A stretch of DNA of 64,000 nt from Acanthaster planci (Eukaryota): contig NW_019091356.1 of the NCBI RefSeq assembly GCF_001949145.1, positions 3,764,934-3,828,933 on the forward strand. The letters run 5' to 3'. How positions within the stretch are numbered: the first letter of the stretch is position 1; each line of letters opens with the position of its first letter. The position numbers were made by a program, and so were the translations under genes. Of the stretch, positions 11,801 through 23,100 are shown one piece after another. The notes below the pieces were generated by a model, which saw only the letters and a program-made list of their open reading frames with translations, did not search any database and had not been told where the DNA came from.

Positions 11801-14800
11801 TAACTTCCTCTACATTGCATTGGCTGGCCTCTTTGTACGTTTTTTTCAACTGAAGCTGTAAAAACACAGTACCTGGACCAGACTTTTGTTGAACTCTTAA
11901 CAAAATGTGAGCATTTTTCTCCCGAGAAATCAATGTGTATTCCATGGTGACGATGAGAAAACACATAGCAGTGGTTTATTGTGTTGTCATTTTGCACAAG
12001 AAATGTGCCCGAGTTTCTCAGTTCACTTGTGTCCAAAGTTTAAAATTATGCATCCTGCTTTATTGTTTTCATCACGGTTCACTGTTTCATCAAGTTTGCA
12101 CTGTTTCTGGATATTTATGATGTGCCTTAGGTAGAACAAAGAAGTTCCTTTTTCATAGAATGTGGCGTCGTAGTCTCAAGTCCATTTAACATTTGGACGT
12201 TTTTCTAACCGTTGACCCTCTTCAATTTTCGTCTACTCTAGGTCATCATCTGGCCCACTTTTTTTTGGGGGGGGAGTAATATAAACTGTCACTAATTTTT
12301 GGCTGTATTGTCATATTTTGTTAGTCACACAAGTTGAGGATGAGGGTATATTCCACGCTTTGCTGAACATTAAAATTAAAACCTTTTACATCCAAAGTCG
12401 TTTATTGTAATGGGTATGGCGCGTCTTTTAAGAGGTAATAGAAAATCATCACCGTGACCAGAGTTTACGATAGTATTATTATTAAGGTCATCCATAAACC
12501 TGTGTACACACAATAGATTTTTTTTGCCAACTGTCTGTACCTGTGTAAACTCCATGACTCAACAATCTGCTATCTGCAGTACGGGTATTCTACTAAATTT
12601 TTTCTACAGGTACATGCCATTGTAGTTTTTCTCATTATAACTGAATTCAAACGGCCTGACATACATGTAGTCAAGTAATTTTTGTCGGTCTGTCTGGAAA
12701 AGATTGGTTTCATTGACTGCATTAATGGAAAAAGTGTTTTGAATGCGATACATATCTTATACTTCTAAATACGACAAGTTTGCAACTGATTGTCGCATAT
12801 ATTGAGCTCATTTGAAGGATTTCAAACCCGTGTACACACATGTGTGCATCATGGAGTTTTATGTTCAATATGTTTTGAGACTAAAAATATACACCCAAAT
12901 GTTGGCGCTTGATCACAGAGTTGCATGAAGCTACTCTTGTGGAAGTGGGAAAAAAGCTTTTTGAATGATTCAAACAAGAAAAGGCTCTTGAAGGACAGCA
13001 TGCGTAATTGAAAAACACGCTCTACTGTTCCAAGAAAATCCATGGCCATTTAATTATTGAGCGTAGTCAGGAAATGGTGCCCACCCAGTCTGTCCGTACA
13101 GTGCTTTATAGGGACTCATTGATTAAGTGATATTGGATACAGACTGCCAGCTGCAGTCACTTGTCTGTGCTGGCTTCACAGTTCTCCATTGATGCAGTTG
13201 ATTATATGAAGAATGCAGGCTGATTCTCAACAAATGTGGGGAAAAAAATATTTGGATGGTCTGAGTTGATACCGCTGCATAACATTTAAAATGCTGGCAT
13301 TCAGTCACTCTTGTCAGCATCCTTGGCAGCTTATCATACCCCAGTACCCGGAAATGTTTCTTAACATCTGTTGAAATGAAAATTTGCTCAGAGTTACATG
13401 TAGAATGGACTTTTTTTTTTGATTGGTATGATCGCGGTATGCTTATAGTCTCATTTAAATACATGTACTCATCTGCTAGTATGTTCATGTATGGCCTTCA
13501 AACGGTCAAGGAGAATTTAGAGGACACCAGTGAAACTTGAACACGATGACTCCATGTATTGCAGGCCTACTTTATGGATTACGCATATGATAAAGTTCAA
13601 AATATGACTGACCAAGTACTTCCTGGATAATGTGAGAGTTCATGGTATTTGACACATGATAAGATGATGGCATACTTCTCATGTGATGATGGCATACCAT
13701 TCATCTCTGACAGGAGTAAGGACTACATAGTCTTTTGATCCTGACTTCTAGAAAAGATCCTTTTATTTTGTTCTATCTGTGAGACTTGAAGTAGGATGCG
13801 TATCTGTTACTAAGAATGCAAAAGGGAGAGATTTTCTTGGAGCACACTGTCCAGAAAATGGCCCTGAGGTGGGAGTTAATATTTGTGGTGTGTTTTAAAA
13901 TTAAAGGCATTTGTTAACCCTACATGTACACTGTACCTCTCTTAAGACTCCTGAACACTGGCCAGGCAGCTTTAGTCTGATTTTGAAGGTTTGAGTGAAG
14001 TACATGTACACCTCAGCCCCATCACTGTTATAGTGTGGTACTTAGGGGCCCCTTGATAGCTGAAAAAGGAAGAGGTTCAGAAGAATATGTCATTGGTTTC
14101 CTGCACTGTGTTAGGTTCTGATAGATTATGGTTCCAAGTAGATGAGTTAACATGCAGGGTTAAACAAGTTTCATTCAGGTCTAAGTTGATAATTGACAAT
14201 GTTAAGGTTATTCACTGCTAAATGACTCCTTGTACGCTGTGCACACATACGTTGCAAAACTACCATAACCCATGAATGACAATATATGTGAACACCTCAT
14301 ATCTTGCAAAGACATAATAAAATTTGTGCCCCTGGGAAATGAAATTGGTGTTAATTCACACACCCTTCCCTTTAAAACTGCATTTTTTTTTCCTGTTGCA
14401 ATTGCAAGCCCAGGCCTCCTTCATTAATCACCTCCAACATGCCTGTCATGAAAACAGACACCCTGGCAGGGATAAATTGGGGAAATTAATTCGCTGCAGA
14501 CCGTTTTTCATGCTGTCCTTAGTAGACAATCTCAGGGGTGAGGTGTCCAACAGTATCCAGGAGATTTGTCGCTTGGTGTGTAGGTCGGGCTGTGAGTTGA
14601 TGAAGCAGTGATTGCATATCTCAGATAGAGAGAGAAAGAGAGACTGATTTTGGAGGTGTGTCCTGGGTAACTTATGACATGCATTTTTTTCCCCACCATG
14701 GTGATGAGCGGCTGTCACTGTCAGGGTTCGTCTCTTGGGTGTAAGAAGCAGGATGGAAATGGGAACTGTGTTCCTTGCATGTGTCTTGCAATAAAATACA

Positions 14801-17020
14801 CAACTGCTGTGGTCATAGATTTCATGTATGTAAAAGGTTTATGGTTGGTAGTCAGTAACAAGGGGAGACTGGACTGGACCATAATTTTTTGTTCATCAGA
14901 ATAGGATTATTAAGCTTTCATGAATAAAACAAGCTCAGGATCAAGGTACCAAAGTTTTTGAACAGAATTCTTTTTCAGCTTGAACTGATATCCAACGATC
15001 TTTTAATTTCAAGATCAAAGATGTACTGCTTTATAATACCCCGGTACCTGTACATGCCCGTGATAATTTGAGACCTTTCAGGGCAAATCATTTGAATAGA
15101 ATGGTAATTTCCTGGGGTAGAAATGGGAATTTCCCCGTTTTCAGTCCCATAACGTCACAAAGGATACAAAATTGCATAACCATGATATCAACTGAAAAAC
15201 AAACGATTGTTTTTCTGTACGTTAAATTTGCTGTTGCAGCTTCTTTTTTTTACTGCACATTCTGTGCAGGGTCGTGGTATTGTGTCTGTTCCATGGTTCA
15301 ACAAGGTACATGTAGCATGTTATTACAAAGCAGGTATGCCAAGGTTCATGCACCCCACACACAGCAAAAGAAAGAAAGGAAAAGTTTTCAAAGGAGACCT
15401 GGTATTCAAGCCCAGGGTAACTGGTCTTTCAATAGATACCATGGCAACTATAACAAAAGACATAAACGAATGGAGGCTACAGCAGAATTTTTTTTTTCTC
15501 TGAATAGTTTTGTTTTCCTTGGTACTCTGCTTTGATGAGCTGGCGTACGTGCAGTTTGCCTCGTGCCTTTGCCATCCCTCCCCCGTCAAAAAAAATTCAA
15601 ATTGTACAAATTCTTGCAAGTTTACAGAAATACTGACAGAAGTGGAACTAACAGTGAAAGCCCGATATTAATTTTGATGATTTTGAAGAGGAGTAGCAGT
15701 GGGTTGGTTAAGTCCTTGCTCTATGGTGAAGTGGGGCACACTTCTCAAGATTATCCAAAAGCCTGTAGATTCTCAATGATACGTACATGTGCACATATTG
15801 TACTGCACATATTGTATCAGTTGCGCTACTTGATGTGAATTTGTATGATGCGTGTAGCCATCTGTTAAAGGCTGTGTGATCACTGTATGGTAAAGTGATT
15901 TGTTACTACGTGTATTAGCTTAATCATTTTATGAGGGTTTCCATGGAAATAAATGGACTGGTCTCTTTATATTTTATTAGTATTGCAGTTCAAAGAGGCA
16001 AAGGTGTCCTTTATTTTGATTAATTGATTGGTTTCACTGGTACATGTGCACTGAATTGCTTTTTCACACACGTATTTGCTGTAGGGCAACTCAGCATTTT
16101 TTGTGGGAAAAGACGGTGTTGTGTTCTGGTTTTGTTTTCACCTCAGTTTCTTGCGTAGTTTAGGTACCTGGGAGTTATACTAGAAGTTACACATATTTTC
16201 TTCACAAGAAAATTCCAGGATTATGAAGTAAGCATATTTTGTGTACCATGTAGCTTAATGTTGGATTTAAAGCTACATTATTGTCACTGATTTGACCCCC
16301 TTCAACATAACAGCCACTTTCCCCAAGTGATTTCCACTATTCCCCACGGGTCCCTACCCTTGCAGTCATCCACAGTCATGCCCTGGTATACTTTTCCTCC
16401 CTTTACATTCATAACTCTTTTATTACATTTATAACTCTTTAATGTCAGAGTAACTGAGTACTTGCCCTAGTTCCTGTATTTTATTCTGGTAGTGACTCTA
16501 AACCCCCTTTATTGTATTGGAGTCTACTAGGCAACACAGTCTATTATTTACATATCAATCTCACACAGTAGTCTGTCTCTGGAGGTGATCATCCCTTGCA
16601 TTGTTGGGCAAATTTTTGTACCCCTCATCAGCTCAGTGCACCCCTTCAGGTACCCCTTCATGGCCACTTGTGTGCCCCTTGCATTGCACGCTTGGCTACC
16701 TGCCTTTTTTTCACAAGCCCTTCCACAATACTCCATTGACTGACAATGGGTGTACAGTCATCACCAACCACCAGTGCTGAAAACACCTCCCGGGTGGGTA
16801 ATAGGGTCTTTTAGGTCTCTGTCATCTTTTCACAGAAGGCAGGATGCTGTCTTGTCTGTGAATGGAGTTCATTGGGAATGCTCATTCATCCATTTGTCCA
16901 TGCTTGAAGCTAGGTGATCTTGGCTCTGTAACTAATCTGAGTCCGTCCACAGAGGAATGAGGATTTCTGTCCAACATTTCCTGTAATGTGTGCTATTTTT
17001 TGTTGATTATTTTCTCTCAG

Positions 17021-17043
17021 GATTTTACAACGACAAGTTGTTG
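17021..17043 (+). other. Candidate 23-nt non-coding micro-exon of the NEK10 5' UTR
   Basis: Strong acceptor (tattttctctcag) and consensus donor (TTG|GTAAGT). Confidence 0.4.
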
Positions 17044-20000
17044 GTAAGTTCGTTTGTTTTCAGGTCCCAAGTATTTCTTGCTCTCAGGTTGAGGTCATTA
17101 GAGCATTTAGAGTTAATTCTATGGTTCGCATTTCTGACTGACTCTTTTTTGGCTCCAGTCATGTTCCAACTGAGGAAAAAAACCCTGTTTTTAAGCACTA
17201 ACCCAGTCTTGGAATGCCAAGCAAGAAAAAAAAAGGAGAAAAAGGGATAATCTTAAGAATTTTGGGGGACACTCCGGCATAACAGCCACCAGCAAAAATC
17301 TCTTTTACCCTCTCTTTTCGTCCTACTGGGCAACCTTCCCTCAAGGTAAAAAGATACGAGAACCATAGAATTAACTATGAATGCCTTTATCTGAAGTAAG
17401 TTGACCAGAGTGGATTCCTTCCCCACATCAGAAGTGTTGGGATGGGCAACAGTGTCAGTAAAGCCGCTGGCGAACATGCCGCGTATCTAGAAGGAAGTCG
17501 TTGGAAGTTGGAAAGGTTTTGCTAAAAATGTGGATGTGTTTGCTAGTTTTTGTGTAAGTGCTGTGTGTGTGACAAGTTCCCCGAATTGAAAAGAAGTGAA
17601 ACTCATCTGAACAGCTTTCACCATACATGGATATGTGTAACTCGACTGTAGACTTGTTACCATCCTGTGAAATATACCGGTATGTACAGGCATACTCTGA
17701 AAAGTGAAGACTGATTATTGAAATAAGTCTGTTTGCAGCTGACTGCAGAGTTTAAACTGTCCAGTGATATACAGGCTCCATATTAAAAAATAGCTGGACA
17801 GTTGCATGTCTTGTGTACTTAAGTTCAGGTGATAAAACAGTGATGTCCCTCATGTTTGCACTGCTGCTGTTGACATAGTTTCAGCTGGAGATAGAAGTCC
17901 GACCTGCAGTGGTTGAGTCATTGGCGCTGACAGTGAATACGTACACTATTCTGTGAATGTAGTTCTTCACAACATTTGTGGCCATGCGCATGAATTCTTT
18001 TGAGAAAAGGTCTTATGTTGGCATCTTACTTTGCACTTCAAAGTTTTTTTGGGGGGGGGGTTCTTGCCACGGTGGGAGGAAGCTGCACTGATTGAACAGG
18101 TAGTTGTATGCTCAGGTGTTGGCAGTCATCAGTATCCGCTTGTTAGCCTGCTGTGCTGTCAGTGACCCAACCTCCCACTGATAGCGACAGCCCAGATATG
18201 GCAGTCACCACATTCCAGCGTTGTGGGAGGCGGCTGGCACCCATCACATGTTGTGGTTGGTTAGGACAGTGGACATGCTCTGTTATTAAAGGGATTGTAC
18301 AGTGGACTTAGCCTATGAGAATACCGATATTGTAATATTTTCATTCTATTTAGAGTGTTTTTTTATAATGAGGGATTCCAGCTCTCTGTTCATCAGGCTC
18401 TAGTGGAGACAGATTTTAAGCTTTCTTGTAAATTTTGGAAATTTTATTTATGCATGTAAGGCAAATATAAAAAGCAGAAATGGACACGTGTTGATAAAAC
18501 CTCTCCTCAAACCAGACAGCTTTGCCTGCTTTAAGTCAGGAAATATATTCACTGAAACATCCTGGAGTCCTCCACACAATCAGGACTGATGATTGGTTTT
18601 GGTTGGCGACCCTGGTACACCAAAGTTTCCCCTCACCAGAGCAGCACTCTACCTAGTGCACACTGCTAGTGCATAACCCCAGGCTGTAGCTCTGGCTTGA
18701 TATATTTTGAAGGATCACTGGGCTGGATAAAACCTGACACCTGACCATGCCCTCTAAACAGCTTGAATGGCCCTGAATGGCTTGATCGGTTTACAAGGTT
18801 TATTATGCTTATGGCTGTGAACTTGTGTCAGGGTGGTTTTAATGAGGAGACCGAGGCGTGACTGAACATATTGGAGCCCCTGAGGGTTAAGACCAGCAGT
18901 TACTCTTGATTCAAGCAGAGAGTAGGACTTAAAGCCCTTGCTGAAAAAGAAGTTGCAATTTCCCCCCAAAGGACAACTGTATCACTGAGACTTAATGCAA
19001 GTCTTTTTGAATCCGGACTGAACAGATGAAAGCTCTTCACCAGTGTACATGTACATGGAATTTAAACTTTAAATTGTTGGTTACTTTTAGATATTTGTGC
19101 CGAAAGTTGATCTGTGAAGTTGCTTTCACCTCTTCTGCTGTAAATGTTTTGATTTAGCAATCTAAGGGCTAAAATAAATCATCAAGAACCTTTTCAAAGA
19201 ATCCATCTCACCTTGAAATTAGTCATTTCCATAATACATATTTCACCAACTTTACTTCATGTACTTACACGCTGTGTTCAGATCTGCCTTGTGATAAAAT
19301 TAAGCAGGTGTAAAACACGCACTTGTTCTTAAGTGTACATGTACATGTGTGCAGATAAGTCTCAAGGGTGTTTTTCTGAGTTCATATTACCACACTAATC
19401 TGTTTGGCTTGGGTTTTGTCCCCATTCAGTCATGCAGACAGATGGAACAATAGAACCCTGTCTACACTGACCAGTGTAAAGACCCACGGTCATCTGGACA
19501 TCAGTGGTCAAGTTAGTAATGAGCCTGAGTCGATGACCTCCAGGTGCTTACAAATCAATACAGGGGATCACACAATTGGAACCCAGTGGTCCAAACTAAC
19601 CAAAAGACTCTCAGTGTTCAAGTGAATCCACCTCAGCTCGGCTTTGTAAATTACAGTGAATGAAGTTGCTGATGGGTTTTGAATGACAAAAAAAAAAGGA
19701 ACCCAGCGAAACTCTTGTTTTCATTAGGAATCCAGAGCGAATTCCTCTTACATGTAGTTGGTATGACAGGTCAGTTAAAGAGAGACTTTTTAGACCATGT
19801 TGTCCTCACATTGTTAGGGCTGTTGTATTTTGGTTCACTCTCCCGACCCTTTTGAAAAAAATCGTAACTGTTATCACTAAACTGACAAATATATACATGT
19901 ACATGTGTAGTCTTAATTATATATAGTTATATGGATATGAATTAAAATCTTAACTTAAATTTCAGTTCCCTGCGTATAAAATATCAGATTTTAATTTTCT

Positions 20001-20154
20001 TGTTTTTTGTTGTTTACTGACAGCCTGACTTGAAGACTCGCCATGAGGACCAACTCGAGATACCAGAGACGTTGATGCTAACGATCAAACACCAAAGATC
20101 TTGCAATGAGTACCGGTGCTCATTGATTGGACAGTGCGTCCTCAGACTGCCATT

Positions 20155-23100
20155 ATGCCGAGCGAAGACAAGAAAGCCAGGCAGTCGGAACTAACCAAGT
20201 AAGTCCTCAAATGATGGGATCAACAGAAAAGTGTGTTGAAATGCATTGAATATACATGTACCTTTTGAAAGCAAAATTGCTACTAAAGTGGGTTCTACAT
20301 GTGTACATGTATATCCAACTGTATGCTGAACCGTGTTGATATCCCAACATCCATGTACATGTAGTATGGCACATGAGATATTCCTGACTCCAAGTTACTG
20401 GCTGGCAGCGATCTTTCATCACGATTCCAGATTGTACATTCTCAACCACATTCCTTGGCAACTGCCTTCAGGCTGGCAAAATATTTTCAGAGGTTCAGCT
20501 TGTAAGGGGCCGCATTACGGAAGGAAGGGACGGGAAGGAAAGCGGAGACAAAGATCCTGTAGCCCTGGTAGGGGATCAGTTGGTCGGGGATATCGGAGAG
20601 GGAGAAGGGGATTTGTTTTTGTAAGCACAGTTCGGGAAAGTGGAAGCTGATCTCACTGTGTGTTCATCTTTGTTGTACCAATAGCCTTCAAAACCTAAAA
20701 CTATTAATAACATGACACAGAGAGTTGTGGAGGAGCTCTCTTGAATGTTGATGTGAGGAGGGAACAGAAAGATCTTTATTGTTCTAGCTTCGCACCTTCG
20801 TGTGTATGGTGTTGGATTCTACTTTGTTCAGTGGGTAAAATTGATTATGTGTATTCCCCCGCTTCCCACTTACAATGTAGAAAAAATTTCTAAGCATTTC
20901 AGGATTAGAAAGTGAACAGATGTCAACTACCTCACAGCTGAGTGAAACAGATTTTTAAGTTTGAATGTGATTTTTGGTGTGTGTTTTATCAGGTCTGAAA
21001 TTTTGTGAGCAGTTTCTTACTTGCCCACTGGAATATTAAAAGCTGCAGTTGGTTTTGGATTTTCTAATCCATGTATACCCAGGTGTCTTAAGTGTTGGTA
21101 CCTAGCAGCAATAAGACAAACATGTATACCTTACCGGAGCACCCGATTATGAATTACTTTGATGGACATGATGAGAACCTTGGTTTTAGTTAAGAGCTAT
21201 TGAGCTATTGTCACTGGGTATGCCAACATTCAGGCACAACAGCCAATTAATTGCCAATTTATTTTTAATTACCACCATTTAGTAGCTTCTGAGTACATCA
21301 ATAAAAGGTGTAGAAATGTGTTTTAGAGGTCACTAAACAAAATGGACCATCCCTATAGCATTTTGTCATTCATTAACCCTGACACTCCTCAATCCTTCAC
21401 CTGCTGGAGGATTGAGGACTGTTAGGGTTAATGGTTGGTACTCCTCAACTGTGCATTCTGTACCTCGCAGTATGCTGGTAACTGCTAATGACCTGGTCCA
21501 TACTGGAGGAGTAAATCCATCTTTTTAACAACTGAGAGTGGACAGGAATGCCATTTTTAGGGTGGGAAGAGAAATTGAATGCTGTTTTCTTCCAGAGAGG
21601 TAAAGAGGTGGCAAATGAAGTCAGCCCAGAACAGTCTGAAACGCGGACTGTTTTTCTTTTGTTCTTGAAAATTTAATTTAAGGATTTTTTTTTTCAGAGA
21701 AACCAAAGAATTGACAAGACTTCTTGAGCTACTGAAGACCCCAACAAGTAAACAGCAGGTAACTTTTTTTTCTTCCTGAACTTTGTAATTGTCAGATTGC
21801 TGTTCCTAAACTTGATTGACATAATATGGCATTATTTTCTAATTAGTATTTTATTCAGTAAACTTCTTACACTATTTCGGTTTTGTTTGGATGTAATTTT
21901 GTTGTTTGTTTGCTGTTCCAGTTGCCATCACTTGATTATGACCCTGCCAACATCAATAACAACAACAATGTCTTGAAATCAGGGAACGGGGCCCAGCGAC
22001 CTGCCAAATCAGGGTCATGTCAGCACCAAAGCTCAGAGGCAGTGGCTTTGGAAAATTTCAGGTAAATTTACAAATTTGTCACCAATTTGGGGAAAAAAAA
22101 AACCCCGAGCATGCATGGCGCATTTGGTTGGATTAGGTGTTGATCTTTGTATCAGACTGAAGCTGGAATAGACTTCGGAGTTTCTGAGTCACCTTATTGA
22201 GTTGAACTTGAGTTTGAGTTGTGACTATTTCTTGAGTTGGTCTCTTGAGTTACATGTTATACATGTAGGATGAGTTACTCATTCCACGTCACAAACTCTG
22301 CTGCTCGAGTGTGACTGTGAGTCATAGTGAGCCACTTGCTTTCAGGTTTGTTTGGTTTCAAGCCTCATAGATGAGGTTTGACTTAAGCTCAAACCTTACC
22401 GGTAGATTCTGGCAAATTCAAGTTGCAATTCTGAAATTCATTGTACCTCTAAGTTTAGCATTAAATTCATTTTGCTGAAACCAGCGGCACTTGTTTCAAA
22501 GTGTAATATTTCAAACTTTGGTATATAATTAATCCTAGAAGTTCCAAAGTTGAGCATTCAATGTTCTTTTTTTTCCCCACAGCACAAAATATCAAAATGA
22601 AAGAAATTTTGGCAGTCACAAACACCAGGAGCTTTTTGATAAGGTATGTTGTTATTTATTAAAAATATTTAATGTAATGTAATCTTTGAAAGCTCATTTC
22701 TTATGAAAGGTTAAGTCTCCCACAGTATCAATGACAATAAATAAGTGTGGGAAATATAATGTTAAATCGTCAAACGAAACCCACACAGACTTTATGTCAA
22801 GGTTTGGGTATACAGTTTACCTGTCCATGGATTATAAATTCACTAGTTACTATTTTGATAACACAAGTGTTTACTAAAATTAGATTTGGAAGGACATTTC
22901 TAGATTTCTAAAGTAGACATGTCCATTGAATTCTTTTTGTTGGCTGCACTGCTCATCATAAATTTGTTCTGCGGTAACCAGTTGCTATGGTAACCAGGCT
23001 TTTGTCTGTAATTTGCACGGAGGTCGGTTTCCGTACTGTAATGATGTCATTGGCTTGTCGCATTATTAGCGCTTGTGTAATTGTGCATGCCGCACCTGAT

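Noticed and set aside
17253..17477. Minus-strand ORF containing TLVNLL, which resembles a vertebrate NEK10 peptide
   Set aside because: Wrong strand and no further similarity. The real exon for that position is 26922-27001.
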